A stretch of DNA of 32,000 nt from Halalkalibacterium halodurans (GTDB lineage Bacteria; Bacillota; Bacilli; Bacillales; Bacillaceae_D), in NCBI RefSeq assembly GCF_004376175.1, contig NZ_SNUY01000005.1, forward strand, positions 30,001 through 62,000, written 5' to 3'. Both the position numbers and the translations under genes were made by a program. Shown in pieces: positions 9,430-20,144 of the stretch (the first letter of the stretch is position 1; the number at the start of each line of letters is the position of its first letter). The notes below the pieces were generated by a model. That model had not been told where the DNA came from and made no database searches. It was given only the letters and a program-made list of their open reading frames with translations.

Positions 9430-10439
9430 TTTTTCGCCAACCCCCTACGCGCAATATAGATAAAGAATGGAACGCCCATAAAAGCTGTCATGACACCGAT
9501 TGGCATATCTTGTGGCATAATGATGAACCGTGCACCAATGTCGGCAACGATCATGAGGGTAGCGCCAAGCAATGCACTGTAAGGAATGACCCAACGATAA
9601 TCTGAGCCAACAAGCCCTCGGGCCATATGAGGGACAATTAACCCAATGAATCCAATAGAGCCAGTGACGGCTACTGAACCTCCTGCTAAAAAGACGACCA
9701 TGATCCCCATTAGCACCTTGATGACGACCGTTTTCTGACCTAGTCCTTTCGCTACATCATCCCCGAGGAGAAGAATATTGATCCCCTTTCCTAAAAAGAG
9801 CGTTAGAACGATCGCCCCTGCGATAAACGGCAATACTGAAAGGAGCATGTCCATGTTTCGCCCGGCTACAGAGCCAGCCAACCAGAACAATACGGTTTGA
9901 ATTTTTTGTTCATCAATGACGAGCAGCCCTTGTGCAAACGAAATAAAGAGTGCACTAATCGCCGCACCGGCGAGGACAATCTTAACTGGCGACAAGCCAT
10001 CCTTTCCGAGAGACCCGAGAAAATAGACAAGCATTGCTGCCACCCCTGCACCTACAAAGGCGATCCACATATAACCGACCATGGAATTTACATTAAAAAA
10101 GGTGACAGCTACAACGATAAAAAATAACGCCCCAGCATTAATCCCAAAAATATCAGGAGCGGCGAGCGGATTTCGCGTTAACGCTTGCATCAGAGCTCCA
10201 GCAAGCGCAAGACTACAGCCAATAACCGCAGCAATGACCGTTCGAGTGAGTCGTGATGTTCTCACAATAACGTGCTCTGTCATAGACTCATCAAAATGGA
10301 AAAATGCATCATAGGTTGTTTGTAGCGATATCGCCGTTTTTCCGAGGGCAATGCTTGCAATAAAAAAACCGACGAAGAGAAGCATACTAAAAATAAGCCC
10401 GATTAGTTTCAACGACGTTCGTGAAAGCAAATATCTCAT
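9426..10439 (-). CDS. FecCD-family iron-siderophore ABC transporter permease (first)
   Basis: 337-aa polytopic ORF. RNPLAAPDIFGINAGA and GVPFFIYIARR blocks are present. GGAGGA SD lies 5 nt before the ATG at 10439. Confidence 0.92.
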   Translation of the reverse strand: MRYLLSRTSLKLIGLIFSMLLFVGFFIASIALGKTAISLQTTYDAFFHFDESMTEHVIVRTSRLTRTVIAAVIGCSLALAGALMQALTRNPLAAPDIFGINAGALFFIVVAVTFFNVNSMVGYMWIAFVGAGVAAMLVYFLGSLGKDGLSPVKIVLAGAAISALFISFAQGLLVIDEQKIQTVLFWLAGSVAGRNMDMLLSVLPFIAGAIVLTLFLGKGINILLLGDDVAKGLGQKTVVIKVLMGIMVVFLAGGSVAVTGSIGFIGLIVPHMARGLVGSDYRWVIPYSALLGATLMIVADIGARFIIMPQDMPIGVMTAFMGVPFFIYIARRGLAKK

Positions 10440-10598
10440 ACAAATCCTCCAATAGAGAAGCTTGACTTACCGCCTTATCCCTTTTTACTGACACTAAGAC
10501 TTAGACTGAGAGCATCATCTTTTGAACCATGTCTCGTGACCAGCAGCGCATGAATGTAAGCTATCATTTAGCGGCCAATAGAAAAAAAACGATTGAAT

Positions 10599-10628
10599 GA
10601 AAAATAAGAGAGGGACCCAGTCCCCCTC
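10599..10628 (-). terminator. intra-operon terminator/attenuator between binding-protein gene and permease genes
   Basis: Minus-strand RNA GAGGGGGAC-UGG-GUCCCUCUC forms a 9-bp stem (1 GU), followed by UUAUUUUUC. It starts about 20 nt after the binding-protein stop. Confidence 0.6.
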
Positions 10629-10648
10629 CAATCCACTCATTGTAAGAC

Positions 10649-11653
10649 TTATTTTTCTAACTCAAAACGATCGTAAATATCATCAAGCATTAAGTTGGCT
10701 GCGTTAATACCGCCACCCATGTTCCAAGCGATCTCATCAACCATGTACACTTGATCAGCTTTTACCGCATCGAGATTCTCCCACAACGGATGGGATGTCC
10801 ACTCTTCATACGTTTTTTGTACCGTCTCGTCATCGCTCATGAACATATAAAACACATCTGCGTTCATTTCCGGAATGCTCTCCATATCGGTTAGCATGAA
10901 AATTTCATCGGAATTTTTCTGGTTCTCTGGAAACTCAAAGCCGAGATCCTCTAAAATAATCGCAGAAAAGCCTGTGGCATAAATACGAGCATGGTCTTCT
11001 CTAAAGTTCAAAACAGAAACTTCAACAGGCCATTCGTCACCCATTTTTTCGACGACCTTTGTTTTAAAGTCTTCCACGCGCTCGTCCCAAGCAGCAAGAA
11101 TGTCAGCCGCTTTTTCTTCTTCATCCATCGCTTCACCCATTAGTTCAACGGTCTCTTTAAACTCAAATACCGTTTCATGGACTACCGTTGGAGCAATTTC
11201 TGATAACTGGTCATAGACCTCTTCATGACGCAGCTGTGAAGCAATGATTAGATCCGGCTGTAGCTTTGCAATCTCTTCTAAGTTCGGCTGCGTTTCTTGA
11301 CCAACAAACTCAACGCCCTCTAAATCGTCTCGTAAATATTCATACATTGGTGGCTCTAACCAAGACTCCACGACTCCAACTGGTGTCATTCCGAAAGCAA
11401 CTGCTGCATCTGTCGCCCCTTGATACAATGTCACGATTCGTTCAGGCTTTCCTTCAATTGTCGTTACACCCATTGCATGAGACACTTCACGAACGCCGCT
11501 CTCTTCAGTTGTTTCTGTAGCTTCGGGCTGCTCTTCTCCCTCACCTTCAGTTGCTTCACTTCCGCAAGCGGCTAAAAGGGCTAGTAGTAACGCTGAAAGT
11601 AACAGAACCGCCTTCGAGTTCACTCGCTGTCGCAAATATGTAGTAAATGCCAT
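10649..11653 (-). CDS. siderophore/iron-complex ABC transporter substrate-binding lipoprotein
   Basis: 334 aa. The signal peptide ends in lipobox LLAAC (LALLAACGS), followed by an acidic linker EATEGEGEEQPEATETTEES. The body (PERIVTLYQGATDAAVAFGMTPVG...QPDLII...) resembles FhuD/YfiY/FeuA-type cluster A binding proteins. Confidence 0.9.
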   Translation of the reverse strand: MAFTTYLRQRVNSKAVLLLSALLLALLAACGSEATEGEGEEQPEATETTEESGVREVSHAMGVTTIEGKPERIVTLYQGATDAAVAFGMTPVGVVESWLEPPMYEYLRDDLEGVEFVGQETQPNLEEIAKLQPDLIIASQLRHEEVYDQLSEIAPTVVHETVFEFKETVELMGEAMDEEEKAADILAAWDERVEDFKTKVVEKMGDEWPVEVSVLNFREDHARIYATGFSAIILEDLGFEFPENQKNSDEIFMLTDMESIPEMNADVFYMFMSDDETVQKTYEEWTSHPLWENLDAVKADQVYMVDEIAWNMGGGINAANLMLDDIYDRFELEK

Positions 11654-11675
11654 TGTTATTCCCCCTACTTGAAAA

Positions 11676-11690
11676 TGATAATTATTATCA
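11676..11690. promoter_or_regulatory. Fur box (perfect 7-1-7 TGATAATnATTATCA)
   Basis: TGATAATTATTATCA at 11676-11690 lies 23 nt upstream of the binding-protein ATG and 10 nt downstream of the candidate -10. It matches the B. subtilis 7-1-7 Fur consensus at every specified position. Confidence 0.85.
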
Positions 11691-11700
11691 ATACAAAAGA

Positions 11701-11730
11701 ATTATATAGGAAAGTTTAACAAAAAAGCAA
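11701..11730 (-). promoter_or_regulatory. candidate sigmaA promoter of the iron-uptake operon
   Basis: Minus strand reads TTGCTT (11730-11725), 18 nt, TATAAT (11706-11701). The Fur box covers the predicted start-site region. Confidence 0.5.
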
Positions 11731-11916
11731 TACAATTTTTGAAAATATTCAAGGACATTTTGTTATTTTATAAAAAAATGCTGCAAAAGCTTCTCGAATG
11801 CAAAAAGAAAGAGGCTAGGACACAACTAGCCAAAAGTAAAAAAAGTTCTGGGCACCAAAATAAATTGATCAGTATGCATGGAATCGTCTTGTTGTTTGAT
11901 TGGCGTTTATGGCTCT

Positions 11917-12235
11917 TTATGATCGGTATTGTACTGAGTAGGGTGTGCGCTTTCTATTCTCAGTACGTCCTAGTCTTTTCCTCATTGTCATGCCATATCC
12001 AGCACTTGCGACAATGTCGTCTGGAAGTTCAAAGAATTGATGTTTAATCTTATCAAGGAATAGGCGCAACGTATCCTTTTTGTGTTTACGCATAACTAGA
12101 CGGACGTTTTCAAGTTGATTGTCAAAATCACGAGACGCCTGCGGGAAAAGCAAGAGCTGAAGATCCATGGGGCGCTTTCCCCCGATTAGCTGAAGCCTTT
12201 CCCGCGGCAAGCGAATGGTTTTTGAAACAATCAAC
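11917..12235 (-). pseudogene. degenerate fragment of an IS1182/IS5-type DDE transposase
   Basis: ORF 11917..12258 contains ...DTLRLFLDKIKHQFFELPDDIVASAGYG...NRKRTP.... I recall this resembling the IS1182-family block (...FLD.I...LP..IVADAGYGSEENY...), with the catalytic D replaced by S. It is far too short for an intact transposase. No SD, no inverted repeats identified. Confidence 0.4.
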
Positions 12236-12239
12236 TCCC

Positions 12240-12284
12240 TATAAAATAAGAGTGGCACTCACCGGAGGTGAAAGTGCCACTCTT
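12240..12284 (-). terminator. rho-independent terminator downstream of pyrG
   Basis: Perfect 12-bp stem aagagtggcact (12248-12259) / agtgccactctt (12273-12284) with a 13-nt loop. Minus-strand tail is ATTTTAT. It begins 23 nt after the pyrG stop. Confidence 0.8.
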
Positions 12285-12306
12285 ATTAACTGTGTTTTGT
12301 CCAGCC

Positions 12307-13905
<1,599 letters not shown>

Positions 13906-14037
13906 CTAACCGTCTCCTTTTCAAAAATTGCCCAAGAGCTACGTACTTGCTGAAAATGGGAGGCTTTTCTTTACGAGACACGGTCAACGTTAGTCGTGTT
14001 TCATTCTCTTAGCATGAATCATTATTTCCGAACTAAA

Positions 14038-14088
14038 ACAAAAAAACAAAAGTGACACTTTTCCCTGTTCAACAGGGGGCCACTTTTG
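14038..14088 (-). terminator. rpoE terminator / predicted pyrG leader attenuator hairpin
   Basis: Minus-strand RNA is CAAAAGUG-GCC-CCCUG-UUGAA-CAGGG-AAAAGUGU-CACUUUUG followed by UUUUUUU. Outer stem is 8 bp, inner stem CCCUG/CAGGG. The 5' arm contains a CCCCCU run. Confidence 0.6.
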
Positions 14089-14121
14089 CTCTTTATTTTT
14101 TTAGAAGTATTGATTTCTTTA

Positions 14122-14161
14122 GCCCAAAAATGATTCTACCGAGTTCTTTATGAGAAGTCAA
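14122..14161 (-). promoter_or_regulatory. pyrG promoter with GGGC initially transcribed sequence
   Basis: Minus strand reads TTGACT (14161-14156), 17 nt, TAGAAT (14138-14133), 7 nt, GGGC (14125-14122). It lies immediately after the rpoE stop and upstream of the hairpin. Confidence 0.55.
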
Positions 14162-14173
14162 GCGATGATTTAC

Positions 14174-14668
14174 TTATAGATCATCGTCTGACTCTTCGAA
14201 TTCGTCATCGAGTTCGTCAATGTCGTCCCCTTCATCGAACTCTTCATCTTCCTCATCCGCATCTTCGCTCTCTGCCAGTTCATCGAGCTCGTCTTCTAAA
14301 TCCTCAAACTCATCATCGAACACTTCGATATTCTCATCAAGCTCATCTACTTCTTCTTCAGCCTTCGCCTTCGCTTTTTTCTTCGTCGGCCCCGTGATTT
14401 CTTCCTCTACTTGCTCTAATGGGTACCAGCTTCTTAAGCCCCAACGATTGTCACCTAAAGTAACAAAGCGACCGTCGATGTTTAGATCCGTATACAGATA
14501 ACCGATGCGATCAAGCATTTGCTCTTCAGACATTCCTTTTAATTCTGCCACTTTTTTAAGTAAATCCTGATAGTTAAAAGGCTCTTTTGTTTCCTTCATC
14601 ACTAAGTACGCAACTTCCACCATGGAAAGTTCTTGAATTTCTTCTTTCGATAGCTCTGCTAATTTCAC
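14174..14668 (-). CDS. rpoE: RNA polymerase delta subunit
   Basis: ORF 14174..14677 (GTG). The GTG at 14668 has better SD spacing (AAGGAA, 9 nt). [25 protein letters not shown] matches the B. subtilis RpoE core. The C-terminal ~70 residues are a poly-Asp/Glu tail, typical of delta. Confidence 0.9.
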   Translation of the reverse strand: MKLAELSKEEIQELSMVEVAYLVMKETKEPFNYQDLLKKVAELKGMSEEQMLDRIGYLYTDLNIDGRFVTLGDNRWGLRSWYPLEQVEEEITGPTKKKAKAKAEEEVDELDENIEVFDDEFEDLEDELDELAESEDADEEDEEFDEGDDIDELDDEFEESDDDL

Positions 14669-14817
14669 GGCGAGCACTTCCTTTCATGAATCATCTATCA
14701 TTCTTAAAGTTTACGCACGTATTTTATTTAGAAATCATACGTTTCATTATAAACACATTTCCCAAGTTTATGCTAGTTCGTTTAATCAGAACGATGGATT
14801 GATTACGTGTACACTTG

Positions 14818-15831
14818 CTAAACCTTGACCGTTACAGGGATTAGCTCCTGAATATAGAGGGGAGACATTCGTAAGTCAATATAGCTTGTCCCCTGTTTGA
14901 CTATCGGACAAATAGGGTTTTCATACGGAATAAAGACGATCTCTACTCTTGAACCATCGTTTAAACGAGCTTTGCTTCCAATGCATTGTTCCATAAAGCG
15001 GCGGACAAAAAAATCAGTAATTCTCGGCTCTAGCTTTCCGAACCGATCTTGCCTCATTTGTAGCAAAACGTCATACAAGGCCATGCCCTTACGGTAGATG
15101 CGGTCGGATGTCATCGCATGGAATACATCGGCTACCGCTAGAATTTTTGATAGAAGATGAATCTCATTTCTCGTTTTTTGATAGGGGTACCCTGTACCAT
15201 CCTCCCGCTCGTGATGTTCGAGAGCCATGAGCGCGACCGTATCTGAATAGATTCCTGATTCTTGAATAATGCGGTAGCCTTTCACCGTGTGATCTTGGAT
15301 GATTCGATACTCATCCTTCGTCAATGCACCTGGTTTATTTAAAATAGCATCAGGAATCTCGACCTTCCCAATATCATGGAGAACCGCTCCTAGGGTAAGC
15401 TCTTTCAAAATGACTTCATCTAACTTCAGCCACGTTCCGATAAGCCTTGAAAGGATGGATACTCCCACGGTATGCCTGTATGTATAGTCATCCTTTGCTT
15501 TAATGACATGCAATAGCTTCGCCAAATCTTTTTCGGCCGTCATTTGCTCGACTTGTGGAACGATAGAGGTTTCAACCTCTTGGATAATTTGGTTGTTTGT
15601 ATGAATTTGCGTGAATATTTTCTCAAGCTCTGCCATCGTCTCTTTCATCGCTCGCTCTCTTTGAACAAAAAGCCAGTCATCCTCATTGATACGTCCCAAG
15701 TCTAGATCGCTTTCAAGCAACCGTTTGATTAATTCTGGTGTAAGCAGTGTCCCTTCACGAACTAAAAGATCCCCTTGTTTGCTGAAAAGATCTTTCATCA
15801 TTCTATCTCCGACTTTCCAATCCAAATCCAT
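14818..15831 (-). CDS. HD-GYP domain protein (putative cyclic-di-nucleotide phosphodiesterase)
   Basis: 337 aa. HDIGK ... HHEREDGTGYP ... DVFHAMTSDR are the HD-GYP catalytic motifs. It has an N-terminal ~130-aa non-catalytic region and a ~70-aa C-terminal extension. The start is uncertain (ATG 15831 or the ATG pair 30 nt downstream). Confidence 0.88.
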   Translation of the reverse strand: MDLDWKVGDRMMKDLFSKQGDLLVREGTLLTPELIKRLLESDLDLGRINEDDWLFVQRERAMKETMAELEKIFTQIHTNNQIIQEVETSIVPQVEQMTAEKDLAKLLHVIKAKDDYTYRHTVGVSILSRLIGTWLKLDEVILKELTLGAVLHDIGKVEIPDAILNKPGALTKDEYRIIQDHTVKGYRIIQESGIYSDTVALMALEHHEREDGTGYPYQKTRNEIHLLSKILAVADVFHAMTSDRIYRKGMALYDVLLQMRQDRFGKLEPRITDFFVRRFMEQCIGSKARLNDGSRVEIVFIPYENPICPIVKQGTSYIDLRMSPLYIQELIPVTVKV

Positions 15832-16017
15832 TGAGAAACCACCCTACGCAACATGTTCATATTCAGTTACATTTTACCACTGTTTTCATTATAATCTATT
15901 TTAAATGCGGAAAAACCTTCTAAATTGCAAAGGAAACGGTCTTCATTTCTAGAAGAGTCGTTATAAGTATTTTCGGTAAAAATAATAAGATTATGAAGGG
16001 CCTCATTCTCAAAGGAT

Positions 16018-16043
16018 AGAAAAAGCCGCCTATAACAGGCGGT
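16018..16043 (-). terminator. rho-independent terminator downstream of icmF
   Basis: Minus-strand CCGCCU-GUUAU-AGGCGG followed by CUUUUUCUAU. It lies ~55 nt after the icmF stop. Confidence 0.75.
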
Positions 16044-16096
16044 TTAGACTAAAGACATAACGTTGCAATGAGTCGAGACATGGAAATATCATTCCA

Positions 16097-19000
16097 TTAC
16101 ATATTTCTCCGGTATTGCCCTCCAACTTGATACAATGCTCTCGTAATTTGTCCCAAGCTTGCAACTTTTACCGTTTCCATAAGCTCAGCGAAGATGTTCC
16201 CACCATTTACAGCAGTCTCTTGTAGCGCCTTCAATGCCTCTGGCGCTATCTCCTTATGCCGTTCTTGAAATGCCTTTAGATTAGCAATCTGTTGCTCTTT
16301 TTCTTCCTTTGTTGCCCGTGCCAGTTCCAAATCAAACGTTTCTTCATCCTGTTCGTTCGGATTTATATACGTGTTCACACCGATGATTGGAAGTTCCCCA
16401 CTATGCTTCTTCATCTCATAGTGCATGGATTCCTCTTGAATTTTACTGCGCTGATATTGGGTCTCCATTGCCCCAAGCACACCGCCACGGTCATTGATTT
16501 GTTCGAGTTCGGCAAGGACCGCCTCTTCCACTAACTCGGTGAGCTCTTCGATAATAAACGAGCCTTGCAGCGAGTTTTCATTTTTGGCTAGCCCTAGCTC
16601 CTTCGTAATGATCATTTGGATCGCCATTGCCCGTCGAACCGATTGCTCCGTGGGCGTCGTGATGGCCTCGTCGTACGCATTCGTATGGAGCGAGTTGCAA
16701 TGGTCATAAATGGCCATAAGCGCTTGAAGCGTCGTACGGATGTCATTGAAGTCGATTTCTTGGGCGTGGAGAGAGCGACCGGAAGTCTGGATATGATATT
16801 TTAGTTTTTGACTACGCTCATTTGCTCCGTACTTATGCTTCATCACGGTTGACCAAATGCGCCGAGCGACGCGGCCAATGACCGTATATTCTGGATCAAG
16901 CCCATTGCTAAAGAAGAACGACAGATTTGGAGCAAAGTCATTAATATCCATGCCACGGCTTAAATAGTATTCAACGTACGTAAAGCCATTGGCAAGCGTA
17001 AAAGCGAGCTGGCTGATCGGATTCGCTCCTGCCTCGGCAATGTGATACCCCGAAATGGAAACCGAGTAGTAGTTTCTTACGTGATGATCGATAAAATATT
17101 GTTGAATGTCTCCCATCATCCGCAAAGCAAATTCCGTCGAGAAAATACACGTGTTCTGCCCCTGATCCTCTTTTAAAATGTCGGCCTGAACGGTTCCCCT
17201 AACCGTTGCAAGCGTGCGCGCCTTAATATCAGCAAGCTCCTCTTCACTTGGTACTCGGTCATTCTCACGTTGAAATGCTTCCACCTGCTGATCAATCGCC
17301 GTATTCAAAAACATCGCCAATATGATTGGGGCAGGACCGTTGATCGTCATTGATACAGACGTGGATGGCGCACATAGGTCAAACCCTGCATAGAGTTTTT
17401 TCATGTCATCGAGCGTACAAATGCTGACGCCACTTTCGCCAACTTTGCCGTAAATATCTGGACGATAATCCGGATCCTCTCCGTATAGCGTAACCGAATC
17501 AAACGCTGTACTGAGGCGCTTCGCTTCATCGTCTTTCGATAAATAGTGAAAGCGACGGTTCGTCCGCTCAGGTGTCCCTTCTCCTGCAAATTGACGTTTC
17601 GGGTCCTCGCCTTTACGCTTGAACGGAAACACGCCTGCTGTAAATGGGAAGGACCCAGGCACATTTTCCAGCATAGACCAACGTAAGATTTCGCCCCAAT
17701 CTGCAAATTTCGGTAGCGCCACTTTCGGAATTTTCAAACCCGCTAAGCTTTCCGTCGTCAATTCAGTCTCAATTTCCTTGCCGCGAATGTTCATCACGAA
17801 CGTATCACCTGAATAGGCTGCTTTTTTCGCCTCCCATTGATCAAGGATTGCCTTGCATTCAGGATGAAGTTTTTGTTCGTACATGGCCTTTGTTGCTTCG
17901 AGCTGCTGTAAGGCTTCCTCTGTATCCTGACCATGTTCCTTTAAAGCAGCAATCGTTCCTTCGATTTGATAGAGCTTACGGGCAATCTGAACCTGCTCTT
18001 CTGTATGTTGTTTATATTGCTTAACGGTTTGCACGATATCACGCAAATATTGCGTTCGTTCTGGTGGAATGATGATATTTTGTTTCATGACTTCCTTACT
18101 TGTTTCGATTGATGTGTCCCAGCTTGTTTTGCATTTTTTATTTAAGATGTCGATAACCGCAGCAAATAACGTGTTCGTACCTATGTCGTTAAACTGACTT
18201 GCAATCGTCCCGTAAACCGGCATCGCCTCTAGCGGCTCGTCAAAGCGTTGGTGAGAGCGCTGATACTGTTTACGAACATGGCGCAACGCATCCTCCGAGC
18301 CTTTTCGGTCAAACTTGTTAATCGCGATCACATCGGCAAAGTCAATCATATCGATCTTCTCTAATTGGGAAGGTGCCCCGTACTCACTTGTCATCACATA
18401 CATGGAGATATCGGCAATTTCGGTAATCTCCGCATCCCCTTGACCAATTCCGCTCGTCTCCACAATGACAAGGTCATAGGCTGCAGCTTTTACGACTGCG
18501 ATCGCGTCACGAATGCTTTCGGAGATCTCTGTGCGGGAGCCCCGTGTGGCTAAGCTTCGCATAAAGACCCGCGGCGAGTGGATCGCATTCATTCGAATAC
18601 GGTCACCTAGGAGCGCTCCTCCTGTTTTTTGCTTCGTCGGATCAATGGAAAGGATCGCCACTGTTTTATCGGTAAACTCATTTAAAAAACGGCGCACCAA
18701 TTCGTCGGTTAGTGAGCTTTTCCCTGCTCCCCCCGTTCCCGTAATCCCCAGTACTGGAGGACTAGGTTGGTTCAGCTTCTTTAAGCTGACCAACTTATCG
18801 TCAAGCGTTACAGCCGCTTCTTTTGTTTTTGCTTGCTCTTCTGCCATCGTAATGAGCCGCGCAACCGCACGGACATTTTTTTCCTTTAGTTGTTCAAATT
18901 CATTTTCGATGTCTTTCACAGTTGGAAAATCACATTCTTCAAGCATTTGATTGATCATGCCTTGCAGGCCGTGCTTCCGGCCATCATCAGGGGAAAAAAT

Positions 19001-19360
19001 GCGAGAAATTCCGTATTCATGTAGCTCGCGAATCTCAGGTGGCGTAATGACACCGCCTCCACCGCCATAGATGCGAATGTGACCGGCACCTTTTTCTTGA
19101 AGCAGGTCATAACAATATTTGAAAAACTCCACATGTCCCCCCTGATAGGATGAAATCGCAATTCCTTGCACGTCCTCTTGTATGGCAGCGCTTACAATTT
19201 CCTCAACGGAGCGGTTGTGGCCAAGGTGAATCACCTCAGCCCCGCTCGACTGGAGGATGCGCCGCATAATGTTAATGGAGGCATCATGACCATCAAATAA
19301 GCTGGACGCAGTAACAAAACGAACATGGTGCTTCGGTCGGTACGTCTCAACCGTTCCCAT
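16097..19360 (-). CDS. icmF: fused isobutyryl-CoA mutase (B12-binding domain + MeaB-like GTPase + mutase catalytic domain)
   Basis: 1087 aa. N-terminal cobalamin-binding fold ([18 protein letters not shown]), central P-loop [18 protein letters not shown] with a NKFD G4 motif, and a C-terminal acyl-CoA mutase substrate domain. This three-part architecture defines IcmF. Confidence 0.92.
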   Translation of the reverse strand: MGTVETYRPKHHVRFVTASSLFDGHDASINIMRRILQSSGAEVIHLGHNRSVEEIVSAAIQEDVQGIAISSYQGGHVEFFKYCYDLLQEKGAGHIRIYGGGGGVITPPEIRELHEYGISRIFSPDDGRKHGLQGMINQMLEECDFPTVKDIENEFEQLKEKNVRAVARLITMAEEQAKTKEAAVTLDDKLVSLKKLNQPSPPVLGITGTGGAGKSSLTDELVRRFLNEFTDKTVAILSIDPTKQKTGGALLGDRIRMNAIHSPRVFMRSLATRGSRTEISESIRDAIAVVKAAAYDLVIVETSGIGQGDAEITEIADISMYVMTSEYGAPSQLEKIDMIDFADVIAINKFDRKGSEDALRHVRKQYQRSHQRFDEPLEAMPVYGTIASQFNDIGTNTLFAAVIDILNKKCKTSWDTSIETSKEVMKQNIIIPPERTQYLRDIVQTVKQYKQHTEEQVQIARKLYQIEGTIAALKEHGQDTEEALQQLEATKAMYEQKLHPECKAILDQWEAKKAAYSGDTFVMNIRGKEIETELTTESLAGLKIPKVALPKFADWGEILRWSMLENVPGSFPFTAGVFPFKRKGEDPKRQFAGEGTPERTNRRFHYLSKDDEAKRLSTAFDSVTLYGEDPDYRPDIYGKVGESGVSICTLDDMKKLYAGFDLCAPSTSVSMTINGPAPIILAMFLNTAIDQQVEAFQRENDRVPSEEELADIKARTLATVRGTVQADILKEDQGQNTCIFSTEFALRMMGDIQQYFIDHHVRNYYSVSISGYHIAEAGANPISQLAFTLANGFTYVEYYLSRGMDINDFAPNLSFFFSNGLDPEYTVIGRVARRIWSTVMKHKYGANERSQKLKYHIQTSGRSLHAQEIDFNDIRTTLQALMAIYDHCNSLHTNAYDEAITTPTEQSVRRAMAIQMIITKELGLAKNENSLQGSFIIEELTELVEEAVLAELEQINDRGGVLGAMETQYQRSKIQEESMHYEMKKHSGELPIIGVNTYINPNEQDEETFDLELARATKEEKEQQIANLKAFQERHKEIAPEALKALQETAVNGGNIFAELMETVKVASLGQITRALYQVGGQYRRNM

Positions 19361-19363
19361 TCG

Positions 19364-20008
19364 TTAGACCTCCTTTATAGGCTCTGTAACTCCTTTTAAC
19401 AACTGCTTGATTTGTAGATTCGTATACTCTTCAAGAGTGTACAATTTTTGAATGGCCCACCGTCTAAACGTCCACATATGAGCAGAGACGAGAATATTAT
19501 GAGCGAGCAGCTTGATTTCCTGCTCTTCTAGTTCAAGACCTCCCCCATCGACACATTCTTGAATGATGCGCTCCATGAGTTCGGTCATATCCATTTCCTT
19601 TTGCAATACGTAAGGTAATGCTTCTTTAGGCAACGATTTTGCCTCTTGGTACATGACGAGTACCTCTTCCTGCATTTCGTCAATCACATGGAACAACGCA
19701 GCAATCGCTTTTTTCAACCGCTCGACTCCAGACCCCTTCGTGTCAAGCTGCTGCCTTAGTCGGTCGCTTACTTCTTCATAAATCGCGTCACATACTAAGT
19801 AAAGCACATCTTCTTTGGAGCCAATATATTCGTAAAGCGTACCAATACTAAAGCCTGATTGCTTCGCAATTTCACGGGTAGTCGTTCGATGAAATCCTTT
19901 TTCGATAAAAAGGGACACCGCTCCTTTAATCATTTGTTCACGACGTTTTTTAATAAGCTGTTGGTCTTTCACCATGGAAGGTACTTGTTTTTTCTTCACA
20001 GGGGACAA
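19364..20008 (-). CDS. TetR/AcrR-family transcriptional regulator
   Basis: 214 aa. N-terminal HTH is FHRTTTREIAKQSGFSIGTLYEYIGSKEDVL. The track start at 20008 is a TTG abutting the SD. GTG at 19999 (9 nt after AAAGAGG) or ATG at 19975 are alternatives. The stop lies 3 nt before the icmF ATG. Confidence 0.88.
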   Translation of the reverse strand: MSPVKKKQVPSMVKDQQLIKKRREQMIKGAVSLFIEKGFHRTTTREIAKQSGFSIGTLYEYIGSKEDVLYLVCDAIYEEVSDRLRQQLDTKGSGVERLKKAIAALFHVIDEMQEEVLVMYQEAKSLPKEALPYVLQKEMDMTELMERIIQECVDGGGLELEEQEIKLLAHNILVSAHMWTFRRWAIQKLYTLEEYTNLQIKQLLKGVTEPIKEV

Positions 20009-20144
20009 CCTCTTTCTTGTACATTAGAATGGATTTTTGCTGGCCAGAGCCAACAAATCAACGTCAATCAAAACCGGTGACTCCACTAACTACTACTTGA
20101 GGGACGAGCCACAGGTTCCACATTACATCCATTGTACCGAATTT

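Noticed and set aside
11739-12047. 102-aa plus-strand ORF starting in the iron-operon promoter region
   Set aside because: It has a TTG start, no SD and a Lys/Leu-rich low-complexity sequence in AT-rich DNA. It also overlaps the transposase remnant on the other strand.
14220-14501. 93-aa poly-Ser plus-strand ORF
   Set aside because: It is the mirror image of the GAA/GAT-rich codons for the acidic tail of RpoE, so it is a low-complexity artefact.
14687-14704. FadR-box-like sequence TGAATCATCTATCATTCT just upstream of rpoE
   Set aside because: It has four mismatches at specified consensus positions, including both central TA bases. It is much weaker than the box at 26877-26896, so I treat it as chance unless a PWM scan says otherwise.
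18513-18950. 145-aa plus-strand ORF antisense to icmF; similar antisense ORFs lie at 23637-23999, 22741-23130, 21631-22008 and 25974-26378
   Set aside because: All lie fully inside strongly supported minus-strand genes. They are Ser/Ala/Pro-rich with no SD, which is the usual open antisense frame of coding DNA.
20009-20144. Possible promoter/operator in the 136-bp gap between ACAD copy 2 and the TetR gene (CTGGCCAG palindrome)
   Set aside because: There is only an 8-bp palindrome and no hexamer pair with acceptable spacing. The evidence does not support calling a promoter or operator.
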